This document shows positions 27,675 to 39,730 of a stretch of DNA of 64,000 nt, piece after piece. How positions within the stretch are numbered: the stretch's first letter is position 1; each line of letters begins with the position of its first letter. The notes below the pieces were generated by a model. That model saw only the letters and a program-made list of their open reading frames with translations. It searched no databases and was not told the DNA's origin. The stretch covers positions 162,417-226,416 of the forward strand of contig JAILXS010000003.1 of the NCBI GenBank assembly GCA_050789425.1, in the 5' to 3' direction. This DNA comes from Neptuniibacter sp. (GTDB lineage: Bacteria > Pseudomonadota > Gammaproteobacteria > Pseudomonadales > Balneatricaceae). A program made the translations under genes and the position numbers.

Positions 27675-29177
27675 CTAAATCTCAGCTTTTTTCAGCTCAG
27701 TGGATTCATCCAGACGGCCTGAAGCAATCATCTCCTGATATAAAGACATAACAGCTTCTTCAATCGGCTCCATTGCATATTCACCATTTGGTTCAATGCC
27801 AGCCTCTTCAAGCAGTCCCCATGGTTCAAATCCAATCTTCGAACAGAGGACAGCTTCACAGCCACTCAAAGATCGGATGCTGCCAGCCAAAGCACTTTCT
27901 TTCTCACCACAGGTGTCATTACCAATGCAATACTGATCCACTTTTCGATGACCGATAAACCGAACACCATTGCTTGATGCTTCATAGATCAAGAATTCTG
28001 TGGCATGACCAAAGTGCTGGTTGATTACTCCGCCACCACTGGTAGCAACCGCCATCAATACTGGGCGGAAATCCTTGTTGTTTGCGGTAGGCCCTGATGG
28101 AACTTTGACTGCTGCTAAGCGTTCTTTCTTCGCTTGTTTCTCAGCAAGTTCCTCTTCGATTCCCTGATGAACAATGGCACGGGTCTTCATTGCTGACTCG
28201 TAGTCGATATCCATCTCTTCGATCTTATCAAGGGTAAACTCAGAACCACGATCTTCCCCAAGAAGGCCAACGGCATCAGCACGACATTGACGACAGTGGC
28301 GCATCATATTCATGTCGCCTGCGCACTCATCCTGCAGATCCTGTAGCTCTTCATCAGAAGGTCCGCGCTGACCCATTACACCGTAGAAAGTACCGTGCTC
28401 AGCTTCAGCGATCAGAGGCATTACGTTGTGTAGGAAGGCACCCTTCTGTTTCACAACCTTGCTTACCTCTTTCAGATGTTCATCATTCACACCCGGGATT
28501 AACACGGAGTTAACTTTTACGAGAATGCCCTTCTCGACCAGCATCTCCAGGCCTTTCTGTTGTTGCTCAATTAAAATCCTGGCACCTTTCTCTCCACGGA
28601 TACGGCGATTGTTCCAGTAAATCCAAGGGTAGATCTCGGCTCCAATTTTAGGGTCGAGTGTATTAATGGTGATTGTTACGTGGTCTATGTTGTGTTTAGA
28701 CAGTTCTTCAACACAATCAGGAAGTGCAAGCCCATTCGTAGAAACGCAGAGTTTAATATCTGGTGCTTCTGCACTCAGGCGTCTGAACGTTTCAAATGTT
28801 CTTTCTGGGTTTGCAAGTGGATCACCAGGTCCTGCGATACCTAAAACGGTCATCTGAGGAATGTTCGCTGCAACCGCTTTGGTTTTCTTAACTGCCTGAT
28901 CCGGAGTTAAAAGTTCTGAAACCACACCAGGGCGTGATTCATTTGCGCAGTCGTATTTTCGGTTGCAGTAATGGCACTGGATATTACAGGCCGGAGCAAC
29001 AGCGACGTGCATTCGCGCAAAATAGTGATGCGCCTCTTCGGAATAACAAGGGTGGTTATGTACCTTTTCCCGGATTTCGTCTGGAAGGTGGTTTAACTGA
29101 TCATCAGTACTACCACAGGCACTTGCACTGCATCCCCCTTCAACTTCAGGGGCTTGATCGATAACATTCAGTTCCAT
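27675..29177 (-). CDS. nifB: Radical-SAM FeMo-co biosynthesis protein NifB (with a C-terminal NifX-like domain)
   Basis: CNIQCHYCNRKYDC radical-SAM motif and a C-terminal VAVATSGGGVINQHFGHA domain. The ATG at 29177 has an AGGAGA RBS. Confidence 0.95.
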   Translation of the reverse strand: MELNVIDQAPEVEGGCSASACGSTDDQLNHLPDEIREKVHNHPCYSEEAHHYFARMHVAVAPACNIQCHYCNRKYDCANESRPGVVSELLTPDQAVKKTKAVAANIPQMTVLGIAGPGDPLANPERTFETFRRLSAEAPDIKLCVSTNGLALPDCVEELSKHNIDHVTITINTLDPKIGAEIYPWIYWNNRRIRGEKGARILIEQQQKGLEMLVEKGILVKVNSVLIPGVNDEHLKEVSKVVKQKGAFLHNVMPLIAEAEHGTFYGVMGQRGPSDEELQDLQDECAGDMNMMRHCRQCRADAVGLLGEDRGSEFTLDKIEEMDIDYESAMKTRAIVHQGIEEELAEKQAKKERLAAVKVPSGPTANNKDFRPVLMAVATSGGGVINQHFGHATEFLIYEASSNGVRFIGHRKVDQYCIGNDTCGEKESALAGSIRSLSGCEAVLCSKIGFEPWGLLEEAGIEPNGEYAMEPIEEAVMSLYQEMIASGRLDESTELKKAEI

Positions 29178-29237
29178 CAGTTTTTCTCCTGTTGCCCTCA
29201 CCGGCCATCATTCGATTCTGTATCTTGACTTATGTAT

Positions 29238-29253
29238 TGCAATCAATGCGCCA
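29238..29253 (-). promoter_or_regulatory. Sigma54 promoter of the nifB operon (TGGCGC-ATTGA-TTGCA)
   Basis: Near-perfect consensus, ending 61 nt upstream of the ATG. Confidence 0.85.
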
Positions 29254-29306
29254 CATCCTAATCTTTTGTTTTTCAAGGATTTTTGTTTTTATTGGTTTGT
29301 TTTTTT

Positions 29307-29322
29307 TGTAACAGTATTTACA
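29307..29322. promoter_or_regulatory. NifA-type UAS (TGTAACAGTATTTACA)
   Basis: Exact TGT-N10-ACA. Confidence 0.7.
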
Positions 29323-29335
29323 GATTAGGATGGAT

Positions 29336-29351
29336 TGTCGGTTCTCTTACA
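29336..29351. promoter_or_regulatory. NifA-type UAS (TGTCGGTTCTCTTACA)
   Basis: Exact TGT-N10-ACA, 29 bp (start to start) from the first site, so nearly in helical phase. Confidence 0.7.
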
Positions 29352-29658
29352 TAGATTAATAGCTGAAGAATCAGACCTACCTTTGAATAGATAAGAATAA
29401 TGAGCAGCAGTTTTTTGGGGTGGATAATTGAAAACTCTATACAATTCGAATGTCTGATTAATAAGGGAATGAGTACTGTTATTGGTTAAACTATGATCTA
29501 GGCCAAGGAGTTGTGCCTTTATGGTGTGTATATTCACGCCAGCTTCCCGCCTGTAGTTTGAAATAAGGCTGAATGGCTTTCAAAACGTGTTAATCAATTC
29601 GAGATGTATGATGCCCGTTTGTGACATATATACTGATCTGAATATAGGATTATACGAA

Positions 29659-29862
29659 ATGACGCTTGAGCCAGAGATCAAAATAATTCAATCCCCATGT
29701 ATCCGAAACTGCTGTCTGGATGATGAGGATGTATGCCTCGGCTGTTTTCGCACAATTCATGAGATTACTGGTTGGAACGCTTCGTCTGCTGAGGAAAAGC
29801 AGGCTGTGCTGGAACGTTGCTCACTCCGAAAACAAAATCGTTCAAGTTTATTTAGCTCCTGA
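29659..29862 (+). CDS. DUF1289-type small Cys-rich protein
   Basis: SPCIRNCCLDDEDVCLGCFRTIHEITGW pattern. The start at 29659 is preferred over the ORF-track start. Confidence 0.6.
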   Translation: MTLEPEIKIIQSPCIRNCCLDDEDVCLGCFRTIHEITGWNASSAEEKQAVLERCSLRKQNRSSLFSS

Positions 29863-29872
29863 GTAAATACAT

Positions 29873-29895
29873 AAAAAAGCCCGCCAGGGGCGGGC
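29873..29895 (-). terminator. Rho-independent terminator after nifA
   Basis: On the minus strand: GCCCGCC-cct-GGCGGGC followed by TTTTTT. Confidence 0.75.
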
Positions 29896-29916
29896 AAAGT
29901 TGCCAAGGTTACAATA

Positions 29917-31512
29917 CTAAATTTTCTTAAGTTCAATGTTCATAGTCTGGATGCGATAAGCTATTTGGCGTGGCGTCATATTAAGTAAACGAGCGGCTTT
30001 AGCCTGAACCCACCCTGTCTGCTCGAGAGCAGCGATAACTTTGCTTCGCTCATCCATCTCCGAACCAGAATCGTTTTGAAATTCACTTTCTTCATCAAAT
30101 CTGACGGTGCTGGATTCCATGGGTGATTGGATTGATGACGGCGGAGGCATTGCATCTGCCGTAGTATTGAAGCTGAAATCGTCCTCTTTTATACATCCTT
30201 CATCTGCCATTATGGATGCTCTTTCTAATGTGTTTTCAAGTTCGCGAACATTACCGGGCCAGCTATAGGTCATCAGCTTTCGTACCGCCCGATCATTGAT
30301 TGTTAATTTTCTACCCTGGGCTTTACCTATTTTTCCGAGTAAAAAGTTAACAAGTTCAGGTACGTCCTCGATGCGTTCACGTAATGAAGGCAGATTGATC
30401 GGCATAATATTGAGCCGGTAGTATAGATCTTCCCTGAAGTTGCCCTCGCGAACCTCTTTCTCCAGATCCCGATTGGTTGCAGCAACGACACGTACTTGAA
30501 CGGAGATAGTTTTGTTACCCCCTACCCTTTCAAACTCACCTTCCTGCAGAACACGAAGAAGTTTGGCCTGAAACATCGGTGAAATTTCACCAATTTCATC
30601 GAGGAATAGCGTGCCTTTATCTGCTTGTTCAAAACGCCCCTGTCTTGAACGGGTGGCTCCGGTAAAAGCTCCTTTCTCATGACCAAAAAGTTCTGATTCG
30701 AGAAGGTTCTCCGGTAAAGCTGCACAGTTAAGGCGGACGAAACTGTTATGTGCTCTTGGCGAATTGTAGTGTATTGCGCTGGCAACCAGTTCTTTACCTG
30801 TACCTGATTCACCACGGACTAAAACGGTGGTGTCCCACTTTGAAACCCGTCGAATCTGATCAAACATTTTAACCATTAATGGAGTATGTCCAACCATGAG
30901 TTTCTCGAAGCCAAACTTCCCGCGTACTGTTCGCCGGAGCTCATCGCGCTCGCTTTCGAGTTCCTGGTGCTGGTTTTTTACTTCACTCATCAGGCGGATT
31001 AATTGAGCCAGAAGGTTGGCTATCATCACCAGATACCGACACTCTTCTGCTAGGAATCGCATAGGGTCAGATACCGGTTGCGCTGCAAGGACCCCTGCAA
31101 CTTCACCGTTACTGTCTTTAACGGGTACGCCGATAAAAGGGAGATTCCATTCAAATAACTCCAGTCGGTCCAAAAACCGTTGTTCATTATCAAGGTTAGG
31201 TAAAACAATGGATTGATTGGATTTTAAGATGGTACCAACTAATCCTTCACCAGCCTGGTACTTGGCGGCATCTTTGGCTTTCTGGATGTCATCGTTATGA
31301 CTATGAATGGCGCTAATATATAAGTGTTCCTGTTCATAATCTTTTAAAGCGATGAGTCCATTTTTCATACCCCCTTCATGATGCAGGATCTCCAGTACTT
31401 CATCCATGCTGGGTTTGAGGTCCAGAGAACGTGTCAGCGTCCATGAGATCTTATCTAAAATACAAAGCTGGCGTTCAAGAAGTTCGGTACGGGTAATAGC
31501 TGTATCAGACAT
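29917..31512 (-). CDS. nifA: Sigma54-dependent activator NifA
   Basis: It has a GAF domain, an AAA+ domain (GESGTGKE, ESELFGHEKGAFTGA) and a C-terminal HTH. The ATG at 31512 has an AGGAGG RBS and lies 10 nt after the nifL stop. Confidence 0.95.
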   Translation of the reverse strand: MSDTAITRTELLERQLCILDKISWTLTRSLDLKPSMDEVLEILHHEGGMKNGLIALKDYEQEHLYISAIHSHNDDIQKAKDAAKYQAGEGLVGTILKSNQSIVLPNLDNEQRFLDRLELFEWNLPFIGVPVKDSNGEVAGVLAAQPVSDPMRFLAEECRYLVMIANLLAQLIRLMSEVKNQHQELESERDELRRTVRGKFGFEKLMVGHTPLMVKMFDQIRRVSKWDTTVLVRGESGTGKELVASAIHYNSPRAHNSFVRLNCAALPENLLESELFGHEKGAFTGATRSRQGRFEQADKGTLFLDEIGEISPMFQAKLLRVLQEGEFERVGGNKTISVQVRVVAATNRDLEKEVREGNFREDLYYRLNIMPINLPSLRERIEDVPELVNFLLGKIGKAQGRKLTINDRAVRKLMTYSWPGNVRELENTLERASIMADEGCIKEDDFSFNTTADAMPPPSSIQSPMESSTVRFDEESEFQNDSGSEMDERSKVIAALEQTGWVQAKAARLLNMTPRQIAYRIQTMNIELKKI

Positions 31513-31522
31513 GTCACCCCTC

Positions 31523-33136
<1,614 letters not shown>

Positions 33137-33164
33137 CTATGACAAAGATTAGTCATTACGCAGT

Positions 33165-33180
33165 TGCAATATATAAGCCA
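33165..33180 (-). promoter_or_regulatory. Candidate sigma54 promoter of nifLA (TGGCTT-ATATA-TTGCA)
   Basis: Strong consensus, ending 38 nt upstream of the nifL ATG. Confidence 0.6.
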
Positions 33181-33277
33181 GATATTTAAACCTTAGTATT
33201 AATGGGTGTTTAGGCGATATTAGCGTTGATTGAACAAATGCTTTACGCACCAAAGCAGTACAAATAGTGATCAATTT

Positions 33278-33293
33278 TGTTGCAATCCCTACA
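33278..33293. promoter_or_regulatory. NifA-type UAS (TGTTGCAATCCCTACA)
   Basis: Exact TGT-N10-ACA in the nifL/rnfA divergent region. Confidence 0.65.
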
Positions 33294-33315
33294 AATTAAA
33301 GGAGGTCGGTTTTAG

Positions 33316-33331
33316 TGTAGGATTTTCAACA
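33316..33331. promoter_or_regulatory. NifA-type UAS (TGTAGGATTTTCAACA)
   Basis: Exact TGT-N10-ACA. Confidence 0.65.
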
Positions 33332-33332
33332 T

Positions 33333-33348
33333 TGTCATTATTCAAACA
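33333..33348. promoter_or_regulatory. NifA-type UAS (TGTCATTATTCAAACA)
   Basis: Exact TGT-N10-ACA, but only about 45 bp from the rnf promoter. Confidence 0.5.
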
Positions 33349-33391
33349 GTACAAAAACCTACCCACTTCTTTAAATTCAATAACTTAGCCA

Positions 33392-33407
33392 TGGCACGCT
33401 AAATGCA
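33392..33407 (+). promoter_or_regulatory. Sigma54 promoter of rnfABCDGEH (TGGCAC-GCTAA-ATGCA)
   Basis: Near-perfect consensus, ending 48 nt upstream of the rnfA ATG. Confidence 0.85.
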
Positions 33408-33454
33408 CCTACTGTAGTAATTCGTAATTGTTCTGGATATTTGAGGTGAAGCTT

Positions 33455-34027
33455 ATGGAACTCGTTACCCTGCTGGTTGGAACAGTGCTGGTTAATAATG
33501 TTGTTCTGGTTAAGTTTCTTGGTCTTTGCCCTTTGATGGGGGTCTCAAATAAATTCAGCACGGCTACAGGTATGGGTGTTGCTACTACCTTTGTTTTAAC
33601 GCTTTCCTGTATCACCGGCTGGTTAATGGAGCATTACATCCTCGCCCCATTTGGTCTTCAGTTTTTAAGAATAATTTGTTTCATTCTGGTAGTTGCTGCA
33701 GTAGTGCAGTTCACCGAGATGATGATTAAAAAAACCAGCCCGTTATTACATAGAACACTGGGTATCTTTCTCCCTCTTATCACGACTAACTGTGCCGTGC
33801 TTGGTGTGGCTCTGATTAATATCAGTGAAGGATTTACCTTTATTCAAAGCATTGTTTACGGGATTGGGGCATCTATAGGTTTTACGGTGGTGTTGATTAT
33901 GTTTGCAGGTCTCAGGGAGCGCCTGGCGTTATCAACAGTGCCTGCAACATTTGAAGGGACTCCGGTAGCGCTTGTAACTGCGGGTGTTCTTTCTTTGATT
34001 TTCATGGGTTTCAGCGGGCTTGTATAA
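33455..34027 (+). CDS. rnfA: Rnf complex subunit A
   Basis: 190 aa polytopic membrane protein starting [26 protein letters not shown]. Confidence 0.92.
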   Translation: MELVTLLVGTVLVNNVVLVKFLGLCPLMGVSNKFSTATGMGVATTFVLTLSCITGWLMEHYILAPFGLQFLRIICFILVVAAVVQFTEMMIKKTSPLLHRTLGIFLPLITTNCAVLGVALINISEGFTFIQSIVYGIGASIGFTVVLIMFAGLRERLALSTVPATFEGTPVALVTAGVLSLIFMGFSGLV

Positions 34028-34054
34028 GCTCATAATTTTTACGGGAATAAAATT

Positions 34055-34579
34055 ATGTTTGTAACCATTACTGTGCTCACCTCATTAGGTCTTTTACTGG
34101 GTTTTGCTTTGGGTTATGCGGATAAAGTATTCGCAGTTGAAGAAGACCCGCTTATTAAAGATGTAGAAGGCATGTTGCCTGGTACCCATTGCGGTCAATG
34201 CGGATTTACAGGTTGCAGCGGTGCTGCTGAAGCCATGGTTCAAGGGGATGCTGAAGTAACCTGTTGCCCCCCAGGAGGTGCTTCATTAGCAAAAACACTG
34301 GCTGAAAAGCTTGGCGTGACAGTTGATCTCAGCGATATGGCTGAAGGCCCTTTGACGGCTTCAATAAAAGAATCTCTATGTACAGGATGCTGTCGTTGCT
34401 ACCGGGTCTGCCCAACTGATGCCATTGTTGGTGCCAATAAGCAGCTGCATTACATTTTTAAAGATGCTTGCACAGGTTGCGGCAAGTGTGTGACAGCGTG
34501 CCCTGAAGATTGTATTGCACTCCATCCGGAAGAGGAAACTCTGGATAACTGGCACTGGCCAAAACCTGCAGCGGTATAG
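34055..34579 (+). CDS. rnfB: Rnf complex subunit B
   Basis: An N-terminal TM segment, a CGQCGFTGC cluster and two 4Fe-4S motifs. Confidence 0.92.
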   Translation: MFVTITVLTSLGLLLGFALGYADKVFAVEEDPLIKDVEGMLPGTHCGQCGFTGCSGAAEAMVQGDAEVTCCPPGGASLAKTLAEKLGVTVDLSDMAEGPLTASIKESLCTGCCRCYRVCPTDAIVGANKQLHYIFKDACTGCGKCVTACPEDCIALHPEEETLDNWHWPKPAAV

Positions 34580-34582
34580 CTT

Positions 34583-36064
34583 ATGTTGTTTAATAAATTA
34601 CATATTCGTGGCGGTGTTCATGCTGATGAGCGTAAAGAACAAAGCACTGATAAGCCAATAAAAAAGTTAGGCATACCGCCACTACTGTCTATTCCATTAA
34701 GTCAGCATTCTGGGCTGGCCGCCAGACCTGTTGTTCAAGAAGGACAGTACGTCAAAAAAGGTGAGCTGATAGGTTCAAGATCTGGTGATCGCTCTGCCAA
34801 TATTCATGCGCCAACATCTGGTTATATTGCTGGTGTAGGTCAGATTCAGGCACCGCACCCTTCCATGCTGAGCTACGATGCGATCCATTTGGAACCAGAT
34901 GGCTTGGATCTTAACTTTGAGCAGACATTAAAAGTTGATCCTGTTGAGCTTTCTGCGAATGAAATCGCAGATTTAGTTGATAGTGCAGGTATCGTGGGTC
35001 TCGGTGGTGCAGTTTATCCCGCAGCCCTGAAGCTAAAAGCGGGTGCTAAGCAAGCGGTTAATACGCTTATCCTGAATGGCAGTGAATGTGAGCCATACCT
35101 AACCTGTGACGACATGCTAATGCGTGACCGTGCGACAGAGATAGTAAGTGGTGCGTTGTTGATCAAAAAGGCAATAGGCGCCGAAAAAATCGTTGCTGGT
35201 ATAGAGGATAATAAGCCGGAAGCAATTCAAGCAATGGAAGCTGCCGCAGCTAAGTACGAGGATGTTGAAATACGGGTCATACCGACTCGTTACCCTATGG
35301 GGTCTGCAAAGCAGCTCATAAAAGTAATTACAGGCAAGGAAGTGCCCAGTGGTGGGCGTAGTTCTGATGTTGGTGTTCTTGTGCATAACGTGGCGACTAC
35401 TTATGCAGTGCATCAAGCGCTGTATGAGCAGATACCTCTAATATCTCGTGTAGTAACGGTATCAGGGCACTGTATTCAATCACCTCAGAATGTAGAGGTG
35501 CTGTTGGGCTCTCCGGTTCAGTGGGTCATTGATCAATTAGGTGGTTTTGTAAGCACTCCAAACAGATTGCTGATGGGTGGGCCGATGATGGGTCAGGTGC
35601 TTCCTAATACTGGTGTGCCTATTACCAAAGGTGCCAGCGGAATTCTTGCTTTAACGGATGAGGAGGTAAACCCTGATGAGGTGTCGCCTTGTATTCGTTG
35701 TGGAAGTTGTATGAAGGCCTGTCCAATGGGTCTGGTGCCATTGGAAATGGCCAGGACGGCTCGGGCTGATCAGTATGAAGAATCTAAAGAGTACGGTTTA
35801 AGTGATTGTATTCTTTGTGGTTCTTGTGCGTATGTATGCCCATCTCACATTCCTCTTGTGCAGTATTTTCAGTTTGCTAAAGGCAAGCTTAAAGAGTCTC
35901 AGGTACAGGAGAGTAAAGGAGAATATACCAAGTCTCTCTCTGAGCAGAAGCTTGCGCGAATGGAGAGAGAGGCAGCAGCAAAAGCAGCAGCAAAAGCTGC
36001 TAAAGCGGCCAAAGCTAAAGCCAAGCGTAAGCCCGTAAAGAAAGCTGTTGAGGAGGTATCCTGA
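34583..36064 (+). CDS. rnfC: Rnf complex subunit C
   Basis: 493 aa with CIRCGSCMKACP and CILCGSCAYVCP. It has an Ala/Lys-rich low-complexity tail. Confidence 0.92.
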   Translation: MLFNKLHIRGGVHADERKEQSTDKPIKKLGIPPLLSIPLSQHSGLAARPVVQEGQYVKKGELIGSRSGDRSANIHAPTSGYIAGVGQIQAPHPSMLSYDAIHLEPDGLDLNFEQTLKVDPVELSANEIADLVDSAGIVGLGGAVYPAALKLKAGAKQAVNTLILNGSECEPYLTCDDMLMRDRATEIVSGALLIKKAIGAEKIVAGIEDNKPEAIQAMEAAAAKYEDVEIRVIPTRYPMGSAKQLIKVITGKEVPSGGRSSDVGVLVHNVATTYAVHQALYEQIPLISRVVTVSGHCIQSPQNVEVLLGSPVQWVIDQLGGFVSTPNRLLMGGPMMGQVLPNTGVPITKGASGILALTDEEVNPDEVSPCIRCGSCMKACPMGLVPLEMARTARADQYEESKEYGLSDCILCGSCAYVCPSHIPLVQYFQFAKGKLKESQVQESKGEYTKSLSEQKLARMEREAAAKAAAKAAKAAKAKAKRKPVKKAVEEVS

Positions 36065-36065
36065 T

Positions 36066-37124
36066 ATGTTGGTAGCATCACCTCATGCTCATGATCGAAG
36101 TTCAATTGAGCGAACGATGTATCTGGTTTGTATGGCATTAATTCCTGCTACGTTGTTTGGATTCTATCTGTTTGGGTGGCCCGCAATAAATTTATGGTTT
36201 TTATGTGTAACCACCGCCATTCTCAGTGAGATGTTTTGCTTGTTTCTGGCTGGAAAAGCCCTGAAACGTTCACTGGATGGTTCTGCAATTCTAACCGGAT
36301 GGTTAATAGCTATGACCCTTCCACCCTGGGCTCCATGGTGGATCGCTGTGGTCGGCACTTCATTTGCAATCATGCTCGGTAAACAGCTGTATGGAGGGTT
36401 GGGTCAGAATCTGTTTAACCCCGCTATGCTGACACGAGTAGCTTTGCTGATATCTTTCCCTGTAGAGATGACAACCTGGGCAAATGTTAACCCTATAACA
36501 TCTGTGACCGCTCCTGATTTTTTTGAAAGTCTGGCCATAACATTTTCTGCAACGCCCCTGCCTGATGCGGTCACTGGAGCAACACCGTTGGGCTACGTTA
36601 AAACAGCCTTGACGACAAATGTGCCTGTAACAGTCTCAGTGGCAGAGGTTTTTGCAGTAAAAGATGCATTTATGGGTTTTACACGCGGCAGCATGGGTGA
36701 AACATCGGCTTTTCTGCTGCTTCTTGGTGGTATTTACCTGCTTTGGAAACGTGTTATTAGTTGGCATATTCCATTGTCTATTCTTGTATCCATTTTGGTT
36801 GTGGCTTATCTCTTCAATGTCATTGATCCAGAGCGATATGAGCCGCCGCTTATGCATATTCTTTCGGGTGGCATGATCCTTGGTGCGTTTTTTATAGCTA
36901 CAGATCCAGTTACATCGCCTAATGATCCTAAGGGTCAGATTCTGTTCGGTATTGGCATTGGACTTGTAGCTTACATTATTCGTACCTGGGGTACTTTCCC
37001 TGAGGCAGTTGGATTTGCTGTGCTGTTTATGAATGCACTAACCCCTATTATTGATCGCTATATGCGCCCAAGAATTTACGGCTATAACCTTCAAGGGCAG
37101 CCACTTAAAGCTGGGGAGGAGTGA
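36066..37124 (+). CDS. rnfD: Rnf complex subunit D
   Basis: Polytopic membrane protein with the FIATDPVTSP flavinylation motif. The ATG at 36066 is 1 nt after the rnfC stop. Confidence 0.92.
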   Translation: MLVASPHAHDRSSIERTMYLVCMALIPATLFGFYLFGWPAINLWFLCVTTAILSEMFCLFLAGKALKRSLDGSAILTGWLIAMTLPPWAPWWIAVVGTSFAIMLGKQLYGGLGQNLFNPAMLTRVALLISFPVEMTTWANVNPITSVTAPDFFESLAITFSATPLPDAVTGATPLGYVKTALTTNVPVTVSVAEVFAVKDAFMGFTRGSMGETSAFLLLLGGIYLLWKRVISWHIPLSILVSILVVAYLFNVIDPERYEPPLMHILSGGMILGAFFIATDPVTSPNDPKGQILFGIGIGLVAYIIRTWGTFPEAVGFAVLFMNALTPIIDRYMRPRIYGYNLQGQPLKAGEE

Positions 37125-37128
37125 GAAT

Positions 37129-37809
37129 ATGAGATCAGTAACGAATGTGGCCAGACCTAGCTTCACTCAGCGTATTGGTTATCAGGCAGGCCTTCTTGGT
37201 GGAATGGCAATGATCATCAGTATCATGTTGTTGATGGGAGAGCAAAGTACACGTGAAGATATCAAGCAGCGTTTAGAAGAAGATAAACGAGCACTGCTGA
37301 ATCAGGTGTTGCCTGCCTCTATGTACAACAACAATCCGCTTGAGAGTCTATACGAGTTAAAAGAAAGCCCGTTTCCAGGACATAGTATGGCGTACATCGC
37401 CGCTATTGATGGCACTTTATCAGGCATGGCTATGGAAGTGGTCGGTAAGGGTTATACCACGGACATTGTAGTTTTGCTTGGAGTGAATGCTAAAGGTGAA
37501 ATTACCGGTGTGCGAACTATCAGTCATGCAGAGACTCCTGGTCTCGGAGACAAGATTGAAATCAAAAAAGATGACTGGGTCACAACCTTTAACGGTTTCT
37601 CATTAGAAAACCTTTCTGAATCACAATGGAACGTTAAAAAAGATGGTGGTCATTTTGATCAGTTTACCGGCGCAACTATTACGCCACGAGCTGTAGTTAC
37701 AGCCGTACACCAGGGCTTGATTCAGTTTGATAAACAGCGTGCCTATATACAGAAGCATCTCACCGAGAGTGCTTCAGTTGGTGGTCTTGTCACAACGGAG
37801 GAAGAATAA
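37129..37809 (+). CDS. rnfG: Rnf complex subunit G
   Basis: 226 aa with the FTGATITPRA FMN-attachment motif. The ATG at 37129 has a GGAGGAG RBS. Confidence 0.9.
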   Translation: MRSVTNVARPSFTQRIGYQAGLLGGMAMIISIMLLMGEQSTREDIKQRLEEDKRALLNQVLPASMYNNNPLESLYELKESPFPGHSMAYIAAIDGTLSGMAMEVVGKGYTTDIVVLLGVNAKGEITGVRTISHAETPGLGDKIEIKKDDWVTTFNGFSLENLSESQWNVKKDGGHFDQFTGATITPRAVVTAVHQGLIQFDKQRAYIQKHLTESASVGGLVTTEEE

Positions 37810-38501
37810 TGACACAACCTACATATCAGGAGATCTGGTCTGAAGGACTGTGGAATAACAATGTGGTCCTCAGTCAGATGTTGGCTCTTTGTCCCTTGAT
37901 GGCAGTTACAACAACGGCAAGTAATGGCTTAGGGATGGGTTTCGCAACCCTCGTGGTGATGCTGGCTTCGAATTTGTTGGTGTCCATGCTCAGAGGCATT
38001 ATCACACCACAGGTACGTATACCGATCTATATTTTGTTAATTGCGTCGATGGTGACGTTAGTCGATCTGTTTTTGAATGCTTGGATGCATGAGCTTTACA
38101 AGGTTCTGGGCTTGTTTATACCGCTTATTGTAACCAACTGTGCAATTTTAGGTCGTGTTGAAAGCTTTGCTTCAAAACAGAGTATTGCACCCTCTTTAGT
38201 CGATGGTTTGGCAATGGGGTTGGGCTTTACCTGGGTTTTAGTATTGCTTGGCGGTATGCGTGAGTTTTTCGGTAGCGGAACGCTGTTTGCGGATGCATCT
38301 TTGTTGCTTGGTGAGTCATTTTCTTTCATTGAGATGACTGTATTTCCGGATTACGGCGGTACTCTTCTGTTTATTTTGCCGCCGGGCGCATTTATTTGCC
38401 TTGGGATCATTCTTGCGGGTAAGCGTGTTACTGACAGATTAATTGCATCGCGTAAAGATGCTAGTTCTGTAGGTGCGAATCTGGAGGAAAGTTCTGCATG
38501 A
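37809..38501 (+). CDS. rnfE: Rnf complex subunit E
   Basis: 230 aa, paralogous to RnfA (LALCPLMAVTT). Confidence 0.92.
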   Translation: MTQPTYQEIWSEGLWNNNVVLSQMLALCPLMAVTTTASNGLGMGFATLVVMLASNLLVSMLRGIITPQVRIPIYILLIASMVTLVDLFLNAWMHELYKVLGLFIPLIVTNCAILGRVESFASKQSIAPSLVDGLAMGLGFTWVLVLLGGMREFFGSGTLFADASLLLGESFSFIEMTVFPDYGGTLLFILPPGAFICLGIILAGKRVTDRLIASRKDASSVGANLEESSA

Positions 38502-38761
38502 AAGTTTCTATCGCCTATGCCGGAGAAAATAAGCAGTTTTGGTATGAATTTGATATCGATGAAGAAAGCACCGTTGAGACTGCTATTGATGCATCTGGCA
38601 TTCTGGATGAGTGCCCCGAAATCAATATCAAACGGCAGAAAATCGGTATTTTTGGAAAATATACGAAATTGACTGCGCAGCTTGTTGATGGTGATCGAAT
38701 TGAGATTTATCGGAAAATCGTACGTGTTATGGATGAAGATGATGACGACGATGATGATTAA
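38498..38761 (+). CDS. rnfH: RnfH (ubiquitin-like fold) with a poly-Asp C-terminus
   Basis: 87 aa with MKVSIAYAG....W.....E..TV..AI..SGI. It ends in EDDDDDDD. Confidence 0.85.
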   Translation: MKVSIAYAGENKQFWYEFDIDEESTVETAIDASGILDECPEINIKRQKIGIFGKYTKLTAQLVDGDRIEIYRKIVRVMDEDDDDDDD

Positions 38762-38803
38762 ACGGTTGGTGTTCTCTGGTCTGATATTTGTCAGACATTT
38801 TGA

Positions 38804-38828
38804 TCCCCACTTTGTGGGGATTTTTTTT
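38804..38828 (+). terminator. Rho-independent terminator after rnfH
   Basis: TCCCCAC-ttt-GTGGGGA followed by T8. Confidence 0.85.
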
Positions 38829-38888
38829 GTACCCTAAAAGGTTTGTAGTAAAGCCAACAATGCTTACTAAATGTCGCTGGTTGATTTC

Positions 38889-38904
38889 TGTATGATTTGT
38901 TACA
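38889..38904. promoter_or_regulatory. NifA-type UAS (TGTATGATTTGTTACA)
   Basis: Exact TGT-N10-ACA about 72-87 bp upstream of the nifF promoter. Confidence 0.65.
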
Positions 38905-38975
38905 TAAATTAATTTTTATGCCACGCACCCTTCTTTATTTGTTTTATATCAATGGCTTGAGGCCTTTATTAACAA

Positions 38976-38991
38976 TGGTACGCTCCCTGCA
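38976..38991 (+). promoter_or_regulatory. Sigma54 promoter of nifF (TGGTAC-GCTCC-CTGCA)
   Basis: Correct spacing, ending 66 nt upstream of the ATG at 39057. Confidence 0.8.
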
Positions 38992-39008
38992 TTACTCCTA
39001 ATAAGTAG

Positions 39009-39602
<594 letters not shown>

Positions 39603-39657
39603 TTGCGTGCAGTTCCATACTTTCTCTTAACTTCTGGCATATTGCCAGGCCCCTTAC

Positions 39658-39685
39658 GCGTAGCTCGTTGAGCTACGCTTTTTTT
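39658..39685 (+). terminator. Rho-independent terminator after nifF
   Basis: GCGTAGCTC-gtt-GAGCTACGC followed by T7. Confidence 0.85.
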
Positions 39686-39730
39686 CCGCGGGTTTAATAC
39701 CTGTCCGTTTTAGCTTTTCAGGAGTTTTTT

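Noticed and set aside
29325-29537. A 70-aa minus-strand ORF upstream of nifB.
   Set aside because: It overlaps a NifA UAS of the nifB promoter region. It has no RBS and no recognisable family, so it is probably non-coding regulatory DNA.
39635-39647. TGGCATATTGCCA between nifF and its terminator, which resembles a sigma54 element.
   Set aside because: The GG-to-GC spacing is about 6 nt instead of 10, and it lies upstream of a strong terminator. It is a perfect inverted repeat (TGGCA/TGCCA), but I can assign it no function.
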